A DNA stretch of 31,602 nucleotides. Source: Pseudomonadota bacterium. GTDB lineage: Bacteria > Bdellovibrionota_G > JALEGL01 > DATDPG01. The notes below the pieces were generated by a model. That model was given only the letters and a program-made list of their open reading frames with translations. It had not been told where the DNA came from and did not search any database. The DNA is taken from NCBI GenBank assembly GCA_043804515.1, contig JAZDIZ010000038.1, positions 1 through 31,602 on the forward strand. The letters run 5' to 3'. A program made the position numbers and the translations under genes. Shown here piece by piece: positions 27,799 through 31,602 of the stretch. The stretch's first letter is position 1; every line of letters begins with the position of its first letter.

Positions 27799-30066
27799 TT
27801 ACGCCACTTCGGACGTCTTCTTATAGTCGCAGTCCTTGTTGGAACAGGCGATGAACGCGCCCTCTTTTTTGCTGAACTTCTCGATGAGATACGGTGCCTT
27901 GCACGTCGGGCAGGGGCATGCGACCGGCTTGTTCCAGCTGGCGTGCTTGCATTTCGGATAGCGCGAGCAACCGTAGAACATTTTTCCCCGCCGGCTCCGG
28001 CGTTCGACTATATCGCCGCCGCATCCCGGCTCGGGGCATTTGATGCCCGTGGAGATCGAGCTTGTGTGTTTGCACTCGGGATACCGGCTGCACGCCAGGA
28101 ACTTCCCGAAGCGCCCGGTCTTGACCACCATGGGTGATTTGCACTCCGAGCAGATCTCCTGGGTCGTCGGTTGTGCCAGAATATGCACTTTTCCGTCTTC
28201 GGTTTTCTTGAATTCCTTCGTGTTCTTGCATTCCGGATAGCCGGAGCAGGCCAGAAAATGCCCGTGCCTTCCCCATTTGATCACCATCGGCTTGCCGCAT
28301 TTTTCGCACGTGTGTTCGGTGGGCGTTTCCTCGCGCTTCACGTCACGCATCTGCTTTTTCGCGCTTCTCACCGAGCGGGAGAACGGCTTGTAGAACTCGT
28401 GCAGCACCTCCTGCCAGTCCTTCTCCCCTTCCTCCACCTGGTCCAGCTCCTCTTCCATCTTCGCCGTGAACTCCACGTTCATGACGTCGGGGAAGTGTTC
28501 CACCAACAGATCGCTCACCAAGAAGCCGAGATCGGTCGGAAGGAAACTCAACTGTTCCTTCTGCGCGTACTTCCGGTCCTGGAGCGTTGAAAGAATGGAC
28601 GCGTACGTCGAGGGTCGTCCGATCCCGTCCTCCTCCAATTCCTTGACCAGGCTGGCTTCGTTGAACCTCGGAGGCGGCTTCGTGAAATGTTGGTTCGGAG
28701 TGATCTTTTCGAGCTTCAGTTTTTCCCCGGCGCGCAGCGGCGGAAGTTTCTCGCTCTCCTCGCCTTCCGCATCCGGGTCCTCCGGTTCCACATAAAGCTT
28801 CATGTATCCTTCGGACGAAAGCACGGTACCCGCGGCCCTCAGGCCGAATTCACCGGACGTGACGTCCACGGTCGTCTGTTCGTAAATCGCTTCCGTCATT
28901 TGGCAGGCCATGAAGCGTTCCCAAATGAGTTTGTAGAGATTGAACTGGTCCTTCCGCAAAAACGGCTTCACCTTCTCGGGAGGGAAGAGCATCGAGGAAG
29001 GCCGGATCGCCTCATGCGCGTCCTGTGCCTTCTTGGACAGCTTATAGACCCGCGGTTTTTCCGGCAGGAATTCCTTCCCATAGGTCTTCGCGATGAACTC
29101 CCGAGCAGCCGTCAGCGCGTCATTCGAGAGCCGGGTCGAGTCGGTTCGCATGTACGTGATCAACCCAACGGCGCCTTCGTCGCCCAACTCCACTCCCTCA
29201 TAGAGCTGCTGCGCCACCATCATGGTCTTCTTGGCCGTGAACCCGAGCTTCCGGGCGGCGTCCTGCTGGAGTTTACTGGTGGTGAACGCGGGCGGCGGCG
29301 TCCTCTTTTTTTCCTGGACCGCAACGTCGGAGACGACAAACGGCAGGCTTTTAAGGAGCGCTTCGATTTCGCGGGCTTCGGCTTCACGCACGATCTCGAT
29401 CTTTTTTCCCTTGCGCGTGGTCAGATGCAGGACGAACGGCGGAGGCTCGGATGCGCTGACGTCCGCCTCCACCGACCAGTATTCCCTCGGAATGAACTTC
29501 CGGATCTCACGCTCGCGGTCCACGATGATCCGGAGCGCCACACTCTGCACACGGCCCGCGCTCAACCCTCGGCGCACTTTCTCCCAGAGGATGGGGCTCA
29601 CCTGGTAACCCACGAGGCGGTCCAGGATCCTGCGGGCCTGCTGCGATTCGTATCTGGGCCGGTTGAGTTCGCCCGGCGAGGCGAGGGCCTCTTCCACACC
29701 CTTCTTGGTGATTTCATTGATGAGAACGCGGTAAATCTTCGCTTTCGTCAGCTTTTTCTTTTTGTTTAGGCCCAAGTCGCCGGCGATGTGCCACGCGATC
29801 GCCTCTCCCTCCCGGTCCGGGTCGGGAGCGAGATAAATGACGTCCGCCTTCTTCGCCGCGTCGCGGATCTCCTTGAGGACTTTCTGTTTTCCTTTGATGA
29901 CTTCGTAGACGGGCTCGAACCGGTCACCGATCTCCACGCCCAATTTGCTTTTGGGCAGATCCATCACGTGCCCCACCGAGGCTTTTACCGTGAAGTTGCG
30001 GCCGAGATACTTCGCCAAGGTTTTCACCTTGGTAGGCGACTCGACCACAACCAGAGCTCTGCTCAC
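27799..30066 (-). CDS. topA: DNA topoisomerase I
   Basis: VVESPTK, DPDREGE, SAGRVQS, ITYMRTDS and three C4 zinc ribbons. Confidence 0.98.
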   Translation of the reverse strand: MSRALVVVESPTKVKTLAKYLGRNFTVKASVGHVMDLPKSKLGVEIGDRFEPVYEVIKGKQKVLKEIRDAAKKADVIYLAPDPDREGEAIAWHIAGDLGLNKKKKLTKAKIYRVLINEITKKGVEEALASPGELNRPRYESQQARRILDRLVGYQVSPILWEKVRRGLSAGRVQSVALRIIVDREREIRKFIPREYWSVEADVSASEPPPFVLHLTTRKGKKIEIVREAEAREIEALLKSLPFVVSDVAVQEKKRTPPPAFTTSKLQQDAARKLGFTAKKTMMVAQQLYEGVELGDEGAVGLITYMRTDSTRLSNDALTAAREFIAKTYGKEFLPEKPRVYKLSKKAQDAHEAIRPSSMLFPPEKVKPFLRKDQFNLYKLIWERFMACQMTEAIYEQTTVDVTSGEFGLRAAGTVLSSEGYMKLYVEPEDPDAEGEESEKLPPLRAGEKLKLEKITPNQHFTKPPPRFNEASLVKELEEDGIGRPSTYASILSTLQDRKYAQKEQLSFLPTDLGFLVSDLLVEHFPDVMNVEFTAKMEEELDQVEEGEKDWQEVLHEFYKPFSRSVRSAKKQMRDVKREETPTEHTCEKCGKPMVIKWGRHGHFLACSGYPECKNTKEFKKTEDGKVHILAQPTTQEICSECKSPMVVKTGRFGKFLACSRYPECKHTSSISTGIKCPEPGCGGDIVERRSRRGKMFYGCSRYPKCKHASWNKPVACPCPTCKAPYLIEKFSKKEGAFIACSNKDCDYKKTSEVA

Positions 30067-30146
30067 GAATACCTCCCACGCATCGGGCTATTATGTATCA
30101 GATGGAAGAGACGAACTCCAAAGACGCGCCCGAAACACTTCGCCAC

Positions 30147-31241
30147 TCAGACGGCGACACGAACATAACGCGAATCGGGTCCGCGTTCCACAAGGCCCCG
30201 AAGCTCGAGTTCCAAGAGCGACGAAAGGACGTCGGAGGCCGGCCACCCCCCTTTCCCAACCAGGTCGTCCACTCCCATCGGAAGGTCGGCCGCGAAATAA
30301 CCGAAGATCTCCTTGGCCCCATCGGAAAGGCCTGCCAGGTCGGCTTGCACCGCAACGGGAGCGGCGAAGGAACGGCCCGGGAAGTATTCTTCCAACACGT
30401 CGGCGCTCGTGGCTACGAGTTTGCCCCCTTCCGAAATCAGGCGATTCGTAAACATGGAAAGCGGGGCATCCACGGGCCCCGGAACGGCGAACACGTCCCG
30501 CCCTTGATCGAGCGCGTGGCGCGCCGTGATCCTCGCCCCGCTCTTCTCTCCCGCTTCGATCACCAGCGTGGCTTTGGAAAGGCCCGCGATGATGCGGTTG
30601 CGCATGGGAAAATTCCCGGGCCGGGGAGGTTCGCCGGGGAAAAACTCCGTGATGACACACCCGGTTTTCTCGATTTTCGAGCGCAGCAGCGCATGTTCCG
30701 GAGGATACGTCCGGTCGATCCCGCAACCCAGGACCGCGATCGTGGGGGTCTTGGCCTCCACACACGCTTCGTGGGCGATCGCATCGATTCCCCGTGCCAT
30801 CCCGCTCACCAGGATCAACCCTTCCCGCACAAGATCTTTCGCCAACATGCGTCCCACCCGTGCGCCGTAGGTTGAAGGGCGGCGCGGCCCCACGACGGAC
30901 AGAAAACGAGCCTCCTGTCCTTTCGGATATTCCCCTCGTCCCATGATCACGAGAGGCGGGTCGGGAATCTGAGCCAAGGGCTCCGGATAGTCACCGTCGC
31001 CGTAGACCCGCACCCAGGCTCCCGATTTCGCGATTCTTCTCTCCTCTCTCTCTGCGGCTGCCAGATCCAGATTCAGGCGAATCATCTGAATCCACTCCGG
31101 TCTTTCGGGATCCGGTGTCCGGCCGGAAAGAATTCCGTCCACAAGGGCTTCGGAACCTCCCGCGCGGTCGATCAGGTACTTGCGGAAGAGATACGGAACC
31201 TTGGTGAGCCGGGCGAGGGCAATCGCTGAAACCTTGGCCAC
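30147..31241 (-). CDS. dprA: DNA-processing protein DprA (Smf)
   Basis: VSGMARGID, FPMRNRIIAGLS, EAGEKSG and VFAVPG motifs; upstream of topA. Confidence 0.96.
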   Translation of the reverse strand: MAKVSAIALARLTKVPYLFRKYLIDRAGGSEALVDGILSGRTPDPERPEWIQMIRLNLDLAAAEREERRIAKSGAWVRVYGDGDYPEPLAQIPDPPLVIMGRGEYPKGQEARFLSVVGPRRPSTYGARVGRMLAKDLVREGLILVSGMARGIDAIAHEACVEAKTPTIAVLGCGIDRTYPPEHALLRSKIEKTGCVITEFFPGEPPRPGNFPMRNRIIAGLSKATLVIEAGEKSGARITARHALDQGRDVFAVPGPVDAPLSMFTNRLISEGGKLVATSADVLEEYFPGRSFAAPVAVQADLAGLSDGAKEIFGYFAADLPMGVDDLVGKGGWPASDVLSSLLELELRGLVERGPDSRYVRVAV

Positions 31242-31529
31242 GGAGCGGTAGCTAAAATCCCGGCTGAACCCGCGTCAAGTAATTTGCGTCGGGCGCAGAC
31301 CAGCGGACCCAGGCCGCTCGGTAGGATTACCAGGTTGCTGAAAAACCCGATCTTTAGGATCGAACTAGTTTCGACAATGGATCCAGGAGTTTTCGGAAGG
31401 AATGTCAGAAGTTGATTAGGGGGAGATGAATTGGGAGCAAGTGATGGTGGACGGAGTCGGCGACCCCTCGTCGGTCGGCCGACGACCTTCAGAAGTCTCA
31501 GCGGTTGTTTAGAGGGGAGATTCGTCGGG

Positions 31530-31602
31530 CAACCTTACCGGTAAGGTTGTTGAAAAAATCGCGGAACTTTGTGGAAAAATAATGAACGAGAGTGATTTTT
31601 TC
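31530..31602. repeat. Perfect 20-bp palindrome overlapping a probable longer inverted repeat cut by the window end
   Basis: CAACCTTACCGGTAAGGTTG at 31530-31549; GAAAAAATC (31552-31560) is mirrored by GATTTTTTC (31594-31602). Confidence 0.6.

Noticed and set aside
31548..31578. DnaA boxes/oriC (TGTTGAAAA, TGTGGAAAA)
   Set aside because: Only imperfect boxes, one better explained by the inverted repeat; no dnaA or clear AT-rich unwinding region in view.

Overview
GC-rich bacterial chromosomal window. Its gene content resembles Bdellovibrionota/Myxococcota-type deltaproteobacteria, but that is inference only. The right third (18.1-31.2 kb, minus strand) is a housekeeping run: dprA, topA, an inserted hypothetical gene, trmFO, xerC, a J-domain/TPR protein, a dnaK paralogue, a class V aminotransferase, serA and purA. 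The middle (8.3-18.1 kb, plus strand) is accessory, mostly secreted or surface proteins. The left part (1-8.3 kb) holds tRNA-Lys(TTT) and tRNA-Glu(TTC), followed by the main finding, an integrase-free, integron-like array of gene cassettes docked at the tRNA-Glu 3' end. Each cassette starts with a ~15-bp arm (AAC-N4-GTT) just after a CCA end. Each ends, 18-39 bp after a stop codon, in a conserved 40-bp site whose last 10 nt (GGGGACGCCA) regenerate the tRNA-Glu 3' end. The cargoes are a histidine phosphatase, a Cdh-like hydrolase, an RHH/RelE toxin-antitoxin pair and a 4.8-kb qNOR nitric-oxide detoxification unit. A 343-bp tRNA-linked module (terminator plus interrupted tRNA 3' end), seen again in part at the window start, supplies extra docking sites. 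A fifth full site (inverted) and a degenerate arm lie at 11.1-11.3 kb. No dedicated recombinase is visible in the window, so mobility is inferred, not shown.
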